Source: Carcharhinus amblyrhynchos
Taxonomy: Eukaryota
NCBI GenBank assembly: GCA_965287045.1
Contig: OZ336875.1
Span: forward strand, 51,956,001 to 52,020,000
DNA length: 64,000 nucleotides
Direction: 5' to 3'
The translations under genes were made by a program, and so were the position numbers. A model generated the notes under the pieces. The model made no database searches. It was not told the origin of the DNA and saw only the letters and a program-made list of their open reading frames with translations. Each line of letters opens with the position of its first letter. The stretch's first letter is position 1. This document shows, piece by piece, positions 49,290 through 62,574 of this stretch.

Positions 49290-50197
49290 AACTTCGTGTC
49301 TTCGCTGATGACACGAAGGTCGGTGGTGTTGTGGATGGTCTGGAAGGATGTCAAAAGTTGCAGCAGGACATAAATAGGATGCAGGACTAGGCGGAGAAGT
49401 GGCAGATGGACTTCAACGCGGATAAATGTGTAGTCGTCCATTTTGGCAGAACCAACGGGATGAACGAGTACACTATCAAGAGCAGGAGTCTTAGTAGTGT
49501 TGAAGAGCAGAAGGATCTTGGGGTCTGGGTCCACAGGACTCTTAAATCGGCCTCGCAGGTGGAGGAGGTGGTCAAGAAGGCGTATGGTGTACTGGCCTTC
49601 ATTAATCGAGGGATTGAGTTTAGGAGTCGGGAGGTAATGCTGCAACTTTATAAGACCCTTGTCAGGCCTCATTTGGAGTACTGTGCGCAGTTCTGGTCGC
49701 CTCATTATAGGAAAGACGTAGAAGCTATTGAAAGGGTACAGAGGAGATTTACAAGGATGTTGCCTGGACTGGGAGGCATGCCTTATGAAGTTAGGTTGAG
49801 GGAGCTGGGTCTCTTTTCCCTGGAGAGACGAAGGTTGAGAGGCGACCTGATAGAAGTTTATAAAATGTTGAGAGGAATAGATAGGGTGGATTCTCAGAGG
49901 CTATTTCCCCGGGTTGAAATGGTCGCTACGAGAGGACACAGATTTAAGGTGCGGGGAGGAAAGTACAGAAGTGACGTTAGGGGTAAGTTTTTCACTCAGA
50001 GGGTGGTGAGTGAATGGAATCGGCTGCCGTCAGTGGTGGTGGAGGTGAACTCACTGGGGTCTTTTAAAAGACTTCTGGATGAGTATATGGGGTTTTATGG
50101 GATTGGGGGTTATATAGGTCTATAGATTGGTAGGTGTTGATGTGATCGGCGCAATTCGTGGGCCGAAGGGCCTGTTTGTGCTGTAGTGTTCTATGTT
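49290..50197 (+). mobile_element. Young 5'-truncated CR1 LINE, same subfamily as 38845-40708
   Basis: Uninterrupted 239-aa ORF2 C-terminus 49406-50125; TSD ctacca 49284-49289 / 50198-50203. Confidence 0.95.
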
Positions 50198-52734
50198 CTA
50201 CCAGCAGAAAGATTGGAAAAATAGGCCAACTACACAATGTACCTTGGATGGGAGTTCTGTAAAGGACAAAATAAATGCAGTGATTGTTGTGGATTTGTAC
50301 TGTTTTATAATTCAATACAGTAAATGGGCTAATTTGGCCTGAGTTAGCACTATGTTAGGGCTTGTGGAATTTTGTGTATGGTAAATCAATCCTGGGCACT
50401 GCCCAGGACTATTTTGGATGGTACAGACAGAAGTCAGTAATTCAAGCTTAAGTGCGGACAAACCACTGTACGAGAAAGTCGTTACGTGTTTGTGTGTATC
50501 TCCTTGAATTCAGTCAGACTTGCTGAATCAAAGTAAACGAAGACCAGAAATGTAAATTGTATTTATTAACAAGTGTGGCCTTTTCCTGTTCTTTATTTTT
50601 TAAGCATAGTTGATGGCTTTACATTGATGATTTGGTTTCAACTGGCTCCAGCCCTGTTTGTAACTAAATGGGCATGGAACTCAACCTTATGGTGCACTGC
50701 ATTAACATGCTAACAAGCTAGAATGCAAATTTGTACCCAAAGTTAGTACATGCAAAGTTCCTATTGATGGAAAGGGATTTGTGTCCCTTGCCTGAACATG
50801 CTGAGTGGGGTGTCAGATGGGTGGGTGGTGGGGCTTGAAGTGAAGGGTTAAGTTGAGTTGTACTCCTGAAGGGCAAAGGATAAATGAATCCACTTATCTT
50901 CTGGTCCTGCAACAGTGCAAGATATATAGAAGATGAAAAAGGGGTGAAACCTTAGAGGGACCGCAAAGATCCATCTTTCGCTGACATTCTTTCTTATATT
51001 TTCTTCATATCATATCCTTATCGAACAGGTATTTACATACCAGAAATGTGGGATAACCAAGGGAGCTCAGAAGAGTGAGGAACCTGAAGTAATTAATGTG
51101 GGAACCTAAAACACGGAGGCACAGTTTCAAAATAAGGGATCTCCCCTTTAAGATTCAGATGTCAGAGCATTGTTAATTTTCTGAATTCTTTACCCCAGAT
51201 GGGTAATGGAGGCTGAGATATTGAATATATTCAAGACTGAGATAGACAGATTTACGTCTACAAGGATGTCCAGGATTGTAGGGGCAGGCCAGCAGGAAAT
51301 ATGGAATTGAGGCCTAATTGGGTCCATGGCGTCTCCTGCCAATGCAAGATACTCGACTATGCATGTGCACTAATCTGCGCATGAGTAGAGGTCGAAAGAT
51401 GTCACGCTGGGTAAATGTAACACAGTAACTTCATTGCAGTGTTAATGTAAGCCTACTTTTGACACTAATAAAAATAAACTTTAACTGACGCTATCCAGCG
51501 TCAGGCAGCTAATAGTTTAGCATTGGTAGTGGAGTTATGGCCTGCAAAGAGATGGGCTTCACTTATTAAATTTTATCAGGAATTTAGAACATTTCATCAT
51601 AAAACAATGGTAAGGACAAACACGGGACTATGCTCTGCTGCTGCACTACAAATCACTTTTATTACCTTCTTTTGCACACTGCCCATTGCACATGCTGTGA
51701 CACTGTGCATGGTTCACGAGACAAAAATGGCAGCCTTCAGCAGACAGTATGCAATGCTAGGGGTTTAAGAGTTTAAAAGAATATATTATACAGGAAGGTG
51801 AAGGGCTTTTGGCATTGGGAGTAATGCTTTCATGGGTTGAGGATTGGTTACCACTCAGGAAGCAGAGATTTGGGATGAATAGGTCATGGATGAAAGTTGT
51901 CAGGCTGTAACTCGTGGATTACCACAGCATCAGTGATGAAGAGTTAGCTATTTACAATCTGTAATAATGACTTGGATACTAAGTTTCCTGATGATACAAA
52001 GCTAGGTATGAATGTAAGCAATGAGGTGGATACAAAAAGATTGTGAAGAAATGTAGACACATTAAGTGAATGGGAAACCAAGGTACAGAAGTACTTATTC
52101 ATTTTGTGGTTTACAAAAAATATTTTTTCTTGGGACTTGAGTATCGCTGGCAAGGCCAGCAATTGTTGCAATCCCTAATTGCCCTTGAACTAAGGGCAGT
52201 TCAGAGTCAACTGCATTGCTATGAGGCTGGAATCACATTTAGATCAGGTGGTGGATTTTGTTCCAAAAGAACATAGATGGGTGTTTACGACAATCGACAA
52301 AAGTTTCTTGGGCACCATTACTGAGACTAGTTTTCAGTTCCACATTTTATTAGTTGAATTCAAATTCTGCCAGCTGTCATTGTGGGATTTGAACTTGTGT
52401 TCCTGGAGAATTAGCCTGGGCCTCTGAATTACTTATCATTTTAAAAAGCCAGATGCCACCGTTTCCCCTTTAAGAATACAAAAGCAGAATATGTTTTAAA
52501 ATACATGAAACTTTTAAATGTAGTGTTCAAAAAGACTTAGATATGCTTACATGAGGAACACAAAATTACTGTATAAGTACAGCAAGTAATTAGGAAGGCG
52601 GATGTATGTTAGTCTTTTTACTGCAAGGAGATTGGAGTACAGAAATAAGGAAATCTTCCTATGATTGTATTGTATTTTGTTGAGAGCTCACCTGGAGGAC
52701 TTTGTGCACTTCTGATTTCCATATCCAAGGGAAG

Positions 52735-53850
52735 TAGAGTCAATAGAGGATTACAATATGAAAACAGGCCCTTTGGCCCAACTTGTCCATGCTGCCCTTT
52801 TTTTAAAATCCCTAAACTAATCCCATTTGGCCCATATCCCTCTATACCCATCTTATCCATGTAACTGTTGAAATGTATTTAAAAAGATAAAATTGTACCC
52901 AACTCTACTATCACCTCTGGAAGTTTGTTCCAGACACTCTCCACCCTCTGGGGAAAAAATTGCCCTCCTGGACCCTTTTGTATCTCTCCCCTCTCACCTT
53001 AAAACTATGCCCCCTAGTTTTAGACTCCCCTACCTTTGGGAAAAGATATTGACTATCTAGCTAATCTATGCCCCTCATTATTTTATAGACTTCTATATGA
53101 TCACCCTGAGCCTTCTACGCTCTAGAGAAAAAAAGTCCCAGTCTATCCAGCCTCTCCTTTTAAATCAAACCACCAAATCCTGGTACATCCTACTAGATCT
53201 TTTCTGCACTCTATTTAGTTCAATAATATCCTTTTCTGCAATAGGGAGACTAGAATTGCACACAGTATTCCAAGTGTAGCCTTACCAATGTCTTGTATAA
53301 CTTCAACAGGATGTCCCAACTCCTGTTTTCAGTGTTCTGACCAATGAAACCAAGCATGCTGAATGCCTTCTCCACCACTCTGTCCACCTGTGACTCCACT
53401 TTCAAGAAGCTATGAACCTGCACCCTTAGATAGCTTTGTTCTGTAACTCTCCCCAGTGCCCTACCATTAACTGAGCAAGTCCAGCCCTGGTTCAATCTAC
53501 CAAAATGCATCACCTTGCATTTATCTAAATCAAACTCCATCTGTCTTTGTCAGCCCACTAGCCAATTGATCAAGATTCCATTGCAATGGGCAACAACTTT
53601 TTTCACTGTCCACTATGCCACCAATCTTGGTGTCATCTGCAAACTTACTAACCATGCCTCCTACATTTTCATCCAAATCATTGATATAAATGACAAATAA
53701 CAGTGGACACAGCACTGATCCCTGAGGCACGCCACTGGTCACCCTCTACAGCCATCCTCTGGCTTTTGTCAAGAAGCCAATTTTGTTTCCATTTAAATAC
53801 CTCACCCTAGATTCTGTGAGATTTAACCTTATGCAACAACCTACCATGCA
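52735..53850 (-). mobile_element. Antisense CR1 fragment nested in an older sense CR1 (about 51790-54290)
   Basis: SGVPQGSVLCPLLFVIYINDL..KFADDTKIGG and LYKTLVRLHLEYCVQF on minus strand; same subfamily as 1-586 and 7403-8987. Confidence 0.9.
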
Positions 53851-55350
53851 GTACTTTAATTGGAGGAAGAACAGCAAGGCTTCACCAGATTGGATTCCCA
53901 AAAGACATTCAGTAAGATGCCACACAAGGTTAATAGGCAAGACAAGGGCTCATATATGAGAGAGTTGCTCTGGATTGAGAGGCTAATTAAATTGGCATAT
54001 ACTCTGCAGCGTGGAAGAATGAGGGGTGATTTCAATGAAACATAAAAGATCCTTAAGAGGGTTCAACAGGGTAGACACTGAGACTTTTCCTGTGGGCTGG
54101 GGAATCTAAAACACAAGGGCACCATCTTGGGATAAGTGGCCAACCATTTAGGACTGTAATAAGGAGAAATTTCTTCACTGAAAGGGTTACAAATCTCTGA
54201 AATTCCCTACCTTAGCGGGATGTGGAATGCCGCATTGTTGAACGTGTGCTGAAACAGATTTCTAGCCACGGGATTAAGGGGAGCAGGCCACAATCGTATC
54301 GGCTAGCAGTTTGTTGACTGTCCCATTGTTGATAGATGTAGAAATGTTTGGGGTTCTGAGGCAGATGTAACTGCCAACTCAAATTCTTGTGGTGGAACCA
54401 AAAGCAGTTTCAAAGATCTGTTGTTGGGAAACAATTAGCTCTGCCATTGTTATAGAAAAGGATGAAGTGGAACATGTTGCAGTTATTTGGATCCAACCCA
54501 GGCCCACCTGAAGAATAAAATTAATTTGTATTGTGCATTTATTTGAAGCTGATGTTGAACCAGACAACCCATTGACGTTGAAGTTGATGTGAGAAATCAC
54601 ATTGGCTCATTTATTTAATTAAATTTGTTATCTTCTGTTTTATTTTCTTGTGAAACAACTGCAGTCATACATCTGCCTCCTTAAAAAAAATTTATTTGTC
54701 TTCTAATTTGCATTCCAGTATGTCAAAACCTTAATTTGGTTATTTAACAGTCTTGAAAATGAATCCCTAATTAGAGTGTAAATTTGTGCAATATAATTGA
54801 GCTTCTTATGTTATTGTCCCATCAGTGATAACTTTACCTAAATGGCCATTGTGATATGTGATTGTTAATGTTGAGGAAATGTAACTTTTATGCATGTGTA
54901 CATAGCAAATGTGTATTTTATTTAGAATTTCTTTTGAAGATGCCAACTTGCTGGAATGGCTGTACAAGGATGGGTTTTCGTCTGGAAATGGCCCATTTTT
55001 TTCATGTGTAGCAACTATAGTGAATTTCGATTAGTTATTTGACCACAAAACATGGTCAGGCCCAATTCTTTTTTCATCTGATGTCAGCACAAGTGCACTT
55101 CCAGCAAAGGGTGACAACCTGCATCAGTGTCTTCTGAATGAATTTCTCCTTTCCAACCCAAGTGTGCTGATGCCATTTATGACCAGCTGAGATCTGCTAA
55201 CAGCAGATACTGGGAATCTCCCTCGTTTAAAAATAGGTCACAGGGTAAGATCACTTGACTGTTATGGTGCATGGAAAAAGCTCTTGTGGAGGATCTAGTA
55301 AATTTTTGTTTACTAATGTCCTGTTTATTAAATTAAAATCTAATTTTCAG

Positions 55351-55583
55351 GTGAAAGTGGTGCAAATATTATTGATGTTTCCAAAGAAGCACGGAAAAGG
55401 TTCCTGGGTCCACTCCACCCTTCTTTTAACTTGATGAAGGTTATCCGTAGCCGACTTTACAAAGGGCTTCCAGACAATGCGCATGAGCTTGCAACAGGCC
55501 GGCTGGGCATTTCGTTGACCCGTGTGTCTGATGGCGAGAATGTTCTGGTGACAGTTTTCAACAATAAAGAGGAGCTTGTACAG
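55351..55583 (+). CDS. PNPLA2: PNPLA2/ATGL coding exon 2
   Basis: ttttcag|GT; (G)[77 protein letters not shown]; donor CAG|gtgatg; 233 nt, phase-compatible with exon 1; not in the ORF track. Confidence 0.95.
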
Positions 55584-55898
55584 GTGATGTAGGAATGCAT
55601 TGCTGCTGTTGTTCCAGTGTTTCTGCTTGGTGGAAGAGATTTTGATCTTTGGGAATTTCACATTTTGATCCCCAAATCCTGATTAATTGCAGCTGAGGGA
55701 ACAAAGATCTCAGATCCAAAAAACTGGTTTCTTTTAATTACAAAGTCATCCTGACCTGCACTCTGCCAGCTGGAATACTGTTATAATCTATCAATTTTCC
55801 TAGATTCCCAGTAGATTATAATTACATAGTTATTTTTGGACAGCCATAAATGCTGTATCACTCAGCTTGTTAAAAATAGCCTTTGATTTATTTTGCAG

Positions 55899-55964
55899 GC
55901 CTGTCTATGCAGTGCGTTTATTCCTGTGTACTGTGGACTCATACCACCAACACTGCAAGGAGTG
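55899..55964 (+). CDS. PNPLA2: PNPLA2/ATGL coding exon 3
   Basis: ttttgcag|GCC; [22 protein letters not shown]; donor GTG|gtaagt; 66 nt; the next exon (catalytic DGG) was not seen in the window. Confidence 0.95.
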
Positions 55965-56378
55965 GTAAGTTGGACTGTGACTGGAAGATATGAGACTGTT
56001 GATCTGGAATTTGACTGGGATGATCAACACATTGTTCAGTATCAAATTACCTTGTGAACCCGAGTGAGCTTGGGCTTATCAGTCTTTTTCCAAACAACAG
56101 ATTGGTTGAATTACTACTGTCATATGGTTAACTTTCATCTTTTTCCTTTTCCTTTTTCTCTATCCAGGTTGCAACATTGTCTCTTTGCTATCAAACAGGT
56201 CAATGGACAGAAGGCATCTCCCAATAACTTGCCCATATTTAGCTGCCTGTCCATGTGTGTACACGCACACACAGGAATTACATTTTATTTTGATGTGTAC
56301 TTTAATGCACTATCTTTTTAAGAAACTACATTTTTAATTTATTCCACAATTCATTGACTTTGTTTACTTGGAAAGAAG

Positions 56379-56399
56379 CACACACACACACACACACAC
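56379..56399. repeat. (CA)n microsatellite
   Basis: About 10 CA units. Confidence 0.9.
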
Positions 56400-58849
56400 G
56401 TGGAATTATTAGCCAGTTGCAGCAAATGTCATGCCAGTGCAACCAGTTCTCAGCAACCAGTCCGTTCACGCATTTTCACTTGAATCAAGAGCAGGTTCTG
56501 TCACCATTTTGTTTCTCCTATGATTCAGAAATGCATAGGCTAATTGTAACATCTGAGCCTCCATTCTAGCTTGCATAGACAAGGAACTAGTCTCGACTGT
56601 GTTTCGGCCTTCTTTTGGTAAGCCTTTGTAGAAGTTGTAATAGGTTTATGCTTTCTTTTGCAGACACTAAACATAAGAATCTAGAGTTTACAAATAGTTA
56701 CTTGGTAGTACAGAACTTGAATGTTGCTGAACAAAGAGGCATGCTGTCAAAGTGGATTCATTAGGACAGATTCAAGAAAGCCAAATTTCAAAGGGAACTG
56801 CAATTTGTACTGCAAGAGAAAAAGGTGTTGTTTGGTTGAGGCAATGCCAGGGAGAAAGCACCAGGGAATATCATCCCCGCCCCCCCCAGCCCTTAAACCT
56901 TTTGATTGCACTACATGATTTCTGTCCTTTCCCATCATCAGAATTTTGCTCTAAACTGATGATCTACTAATAACATCATATAGATTGTTGTGTTAAGTTA
57001 ATACTGTATATCACATTCAAGTATAATTTAGGGATATTCAGTTAATTGGAAAGAAAGTGTCCTTATTAACAGAATCCATAAATCTAAAGTATCTGTGCTG
57101 CTGCCTATTAATTGTGATTTTTGTGAGAGTTTATGGATGAAGACTTTCATGAATAATTGGATGTGTGAAACAAATGAGATATAACTTCTGTCTTGAACTG
57201 CCGTAACATCTTGCTTCATGTCACATTACAGAACAGGAGCTTAACCACTATTATACAACAGTGCACCAGTTCTGAGAAAATGATTTCTCAGTAAATGTCC
57301 TGATATTATTTGCTGATCCTGTTCCAACTCGGATGAAATTTGATGGTATTTGTCAATGCTTCCTCTCCCCCATTAATAGGCTTGTAAACTCTGCAAGCCA
57401 ACTGAGCCTTCAAGTTCCTGCACGAACAATCGTTTATGAAAGTTTGTTCAAAGCTTTGAAGGGGTTTGGGTTTAGCATGAGTCATTGTGTAAACCATTCT
57501 AGCTTCACTCGATGTCATGAGTTCGTTTATGCATTGCAGCCTTGTGCATTCCGTGGTGTTGTTTGTTGTCTCTCCCTTACTGAGGGCAGATAGGCTTATG
57601 CCAAACAATATAGCCTTGGTAGAGTACAAAGTGCTCTTCTGACCAAATACCTACCCTGCCACTTGTCCCCATGTCTCCATTATGTCTTGTCATTAATCTC
57701 TCCAACAGATAATGTGAATTGTTCAGTATTGATTGGAGATGGGGAGGAGGGGGTGGGGGGCAGGGGCGCAGGCACTAGCCACCTTTAATTTATTTTTCAT
57801 TTAAAAGCTGTCTCCCTGGAGCAGGGCTCCACAAACACATTAAACTTTCCAACAGCTTGTTAAGGAGCCAATCTTCATGAAGATACATGGGCCATAATGA
57901 CAGCTTGTATTTTCATAACATAACAATGAGTAAACACCTCAGGATTTTTAGAGATAGTAGAAAGACAGACTGTGAACTTGAATCAGTAATGGGCAAAAGT
58001 AATAGAAAGTGTTCTGAAATAAAGAAGAGGGAAATAACCAGGAGGGGCATGATATGGCAAGTCAACAATATCAGATCGTGCTTGAGAAATCTTTGAGAAT
58101 ATATTTGAGGTAGTTGAACTTGGAATATGGGAATCACAAGGTAAAATAGCACAGCACTGGAGAAGTTTTTGGAATTGGTAAGGTATAGTGTTAGCATGGA
58201 AAGAGATGGCAGTAGTTGCTTCCATTCTGACATGGTTGATTGTACATGAAGAGTCAGTGGCCAGGCTTCTAAAGTTTGTCAGTAACACCACATTTGGTGA
58301 TGTTAGAAATAATTTGAAACAAATGGGATAGTTAGAGTGAAATGTGGACTGTTTTGGAGTCTGAGCCTAAAAGAAAGCAAGGTTGCTGAATGTAGAAAAA
58401 TTAGTTATCCAGTCTGACGCACAGTACGGAACAAGAAGGAAATAAAAGTTTGTAGCTCTTTGAATTTTGAGCAATTTTTGTTCAAATTTCTAAGTCATAG
58501 CTCAGTTCTGCAGTCGGACTCTTGCCTCAGATTCAGAAGGTTCACGCTCTATATCACTTCAGCAAATAATCCAGGCTGATGCATCTTCAGTGTGGTACAG
58601 AGGGAGTACTGCACTGTAATGGGGGTAAAAACTCTTTTGGGTGAGACATTAAACAGAAGCACTACTTACCTGTTAAGCTGGACATACTTAAAGAAGAGCA
58701 AGAGCTGACACTGTCAGGAAACAGATATCTGATTATTTATGCCATTGCCTTTGTGGCATCTTGCTGTGTGCAGATTTGCTGAGGGATTTACCTACATAAT
58801 AATGGTAACTGCAATTAATGCATTTTTGGGAAGTTCCGAGGTTATAAAA

Positions 58850-59148
58850 TACATTAGAAGGAGGAAGTCATTCGACCCATTGCTCACACCCACCTCATCC
58901 TATCCCCTAACCACATGCATTTTCCTCACTAATCCCATAATCTACTTGGGACACTTGAGGGGCAATTTAGCATGGCCAATCCACCTAACCTGCATATCGT
59001 TAGACAGAGAGGAAACGGGAGCACCTGTAGAAACCCACATAGACACTGAAAACGTACAAACTCCACACAGTTACCTGAGGCCAGAATTGAATCCGGGTCC
59101 CTGGTGCTATGGAGGAGCAGTGCTAACCACTACCACCATGCTGCCCCG
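58850..59148 (-). mobile_element. HE1/V-SINE-like SINE
   Basis: gcatggccaatccacctaacctg, aaactccacacag, gcagtgctaaccac..gctgcccc. Confidence 0.8.
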
Positions 59149-60391
59149 GAATCAAAGTGAAGAAGGTCTTATGCTGTAGAATATAATAATGCCTGTTCTT
59201 CGACAAAGCACAGTCAGTTTTGTGATTTCAATTTACTGAAATTCATACAGCTAACAATAAGATAGACTTCATTAATTTCATTTCTATTGCTATTAGTTCG
59301 AATTTTCCTGTTACTTCCAGTCTTTATTATACATCTGACTAGTAGCTAATCCAATCATCTACTTTCCAGCAGTTTTTGAACTGTCAGTCAGGAAGTATCG
59401 TAAATATCATGAAGTGAATCACCTTCGGGTGTTATTTCATTTTTCGCTCTTGTCCTGTGTTTCCGCTTGATGCATTCCCAAACAGGTTAGCTAAGATTAA
59501 CAAATTACATTGTGAGTAAACAGAGGATAAAACAGGAATTATGTTGATCTGCTGGCAGACCAGTTATTTCTTTTGTGAATCTTGTACGTTTAAAACAAAA
59601 TTCCTGTTTGAACTGGATTTGCTGAATACTATTTAATTCCAAATTCAGGCAAAATCAAATGGCTGCTTGCCAGTGCGGATGACTGCTGCTTCAGCCAACA
59701 AAGGCTTGTTTCCAATGACAAACCAAGTCAATTTCAGTGAACTAAGGCATTCAAAATTGAACGTGATGCAAACATTCAGCCTGACTGCTATGTGCACTTT
59801 TGCTGTCAAAACTAATGTTAGTTCTAATAAAATAGCCTCTAACAATCAATACTTCAGGACAGATGTTCCTTATTGTGGAAATAATTTATTGCACATGCGG
59901 TATGCAAATCAGGGGATAAATCTACTTTACTTCGGTTGCATTGTTGAAAATTTGACACTAGTCCTGTCTCTCTTCAGTGGGTTAATGTGTTTTCTAATTA
60001 TCTTGCTATTAAAGTAACTAAAACATCAGGATCGTTACTTGTCACCGATGAAGCACATAATGAAGCTTTCTGTCCAGATATTGACTGGTTAAGGTTAAGA
60101 AATGAAAGACATGCATTTCTACAGCATCTTTCATGAATTTGGGACTTTGCAAAGCGTTTTACAACCAATGAAGTATTTTACAAGTTTAGTCACTGTCATC
60201 ATGTAGCAAACACAGCAGCTGATTTGCACTCAGCAAGGTTCCACATAAAGTGATAAGATAATGATCAGATAATCTGCTTTTTAATGATAATAGTTGCGGG
60301 TGAATATTAGTCTGGACACGTAGTGGAACTGATTTACTCCAGTGCAGTAATTCCTCAAGTGAGTATTAGCTTAGATTTTATACTTGACTCA

Positions 60392-60862
60392 TAATGTTTT
60401 ACAGCATGGAAAGCAGCCGTTTGGCCCATCATATCTGTGCTGACCATCAAACTGTTCTAATCGCATTTTCCAGCAGTTGGGCCATAGCCTTGGTGTTTCA
60501 AATGTTCATCTAAATGGTTCTTAAATGTTGCGAGTGTTCCCACTTCTACCACCCTTTTCAAGCAGTAAGTTCCAGATTCTCACCACCTTTTGGGTGAAAA
60601 AGTATTTCCTTAAATCCCCTCTAAATTTCCTGCTCTTTACCTTAAGTCTATGCCCTTGATTATTAATCCCGCTTCTCAGGGGAAATGTTTCTTCCTATCC
60701 CTCAAAATTTTGTACACCTTGTCTCCTGGCTCCCACCTCCCCTCCCCTCTGCTCTGAGGAATACAACCCCAATCTATCCAGCCTTTTTTCATAGCTGAAA
60801 CACTCCAGCCCAGGCGGCATGCTGGTGAGTCTCCTCTGCACCTTCTCTAGTGCAATCACTTC
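60392..60862 (-). mobile_element. CR1 LINE 3' fragment
   Basis: YKEVIALEKVQRRLTSMPPGLECFSYEKRLDRLGL on the minus strand. Confidence 0.85.
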
Positions 60863-61834
60863 CTTATATCTATGGTGTCTCTGGCGTGGGTCTTGAATCC
60901 ACAACCTTCCAAATTAGCTGCAAACATTATACACACTGAATCATTTGTCCCAGGTATGAACATTACTACAGGTGGAGCTATCTGACCAATAGGCAAATTT
61001 TTTTGTAATAGTGATTCATTTAGTTTTGAGACCCCTGGATTATGAGTGAAAAAGGGTTTTGACCTCTTAGCACTATCCAGCTGCTTCAACAGGAAGGAGG
61101 CATTTAAGAATGCGGTTGCCCTTAAAAGTGATGCCTCCTCTTTAGCTCCAACACTTTGAATCAGTATACCAGAAGTATTCAATCCCTTTTGGCGGGGTGG
61201 GGGGGGGGGAGGAAAGTCACAAAACTGATAGAAAGAGGAAGATTTACTATAAAATGCACTTGCAGTTATCTCTGAAAAGTTGCAGAGGGCTCAAGATTGG
61301 AATGGCAATTAAATCGATTACTTTTCAGTTAATTAAAATAGTTTATTTTCAGTTAGATCAAATCTGATTCAAAATCCAAAATATCAGCTAGTTTAGAAAA
61401 TGCTGCTTTAATGGAAATTTGCACTGTTTGCAACCAGCTGTAGTCATATACCACAACTCTGAAATGTAGGCACTGTTTATATTGACCAGTAATAACTTTC
61501 ATCGAGTCAAGTGAACTCTCCTTTACACTTCACCTCATGGTCAGCTAATAGCAGCTCTTACTATGACTTTGTTTAGTTTGGATTGCAGTAGAGATGTGTC
61601 CATGCGCAGCTCCCTACTTCCATCACAATACGTCTATATTCTTATTCCTGGAATCCGTAAGACTGTTATAGTAGCATAAATGTGGAGAGTCAGTATAAGG
61701 AACCCTTGTATTTGACTGATGTTAGCTGATCATTTGCCTCTGCCTATTGGAATCTGGTATCATGCATTGTGTTGCCTACGTAATTTGAATAAAAACTCTG
61801 GAACGTATATTTCTTTGTGCAGGAATAAGCTTTT

Positions 61835-62358
61835 TTAAAATTCCTTTCTCATGGGAAGTGGGCATCTTTGGCCAGGCCAATATTTTTGCCCACTGTTAAT
61901 TACCTTTTGAGCTGAGTTGCTAGCCATTTCAGTGGACAATTGCTGTGGATTTAGAGTCAGGTTTGGGCCAGGCTAGGTAAGGGCAGCAGATTTCCTTTCC
62001 TAAAGGCAATTCGTGAATCAAGTGGATTTTCACAATGTAATAATTTCATGGACAACATTATTGAGACTAAATTTGTAATGCCAGATTTATTAATTGAATA
62101 TTACATTCCATGAGCTGCCAGGATGGGATGCCTGTTAACATTAACTATTTGCACTAGTCGCAGCAAGACTAGAAAAGTCCCTAAGGAGCTTTACCACTGG
62201 TTAACCATCTATTTGCATGGATGGTTAAGGAGGTAATGGGCAAGATTTTAATTTACTGAATTAAAACCAAGTCCCTCATCGCCAAGATACATATACACCA
62301 AAGTTAAGAAATGCCAGAGCATTAGTCTAGATCTCTGAATGACTAGCCTAGTGACAAT
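61835..62358 (-). mobile_element. tRNA-derived SINE (third family), interrupted by the left arm of an inverted repeat
   Basis: Shares ccagatttattaattgaa..gctgcc..gggat / ccagagcattag..ctctg..actag with copies at about 18700-18970, 52130-52470 and 63080-63440. Confidence 0.7.
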
Positions 62359-62574
62359 CTCATGGGAGCCAGTGGTGATAAATAGCTATGCGTTTCTTAA
62401 CTTTGGTGTATATGTATCTTGGCGATGTGGGACTTGGTTTTAATTCAGTAAATTAAAATCTTGCCCATTACCTCCTTAACCATCCATGCAAATAGATGGT
62501 TAATCAGTGGTAAAGCTCCTTAGGGACTTTTCTAGTCTTGCTGCGACTAGTGCAAATAGTTAATGTTAACAGGC
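62130..62574. repeat. Inverted repeat, 185-bp arms with 75-bp spacer
   Basis: 62130-62314 is the reverse complement of 62390-62574 with 3 mismatches. Confidence 0.96.

Noticed and set aside
49406-50125. Longest ORF (239 aa) as a host gene
   Set aside because: It is the CR1 ORF2 C-terminus of a 5'-truncated copy lacking the endonuclease and most of the RT
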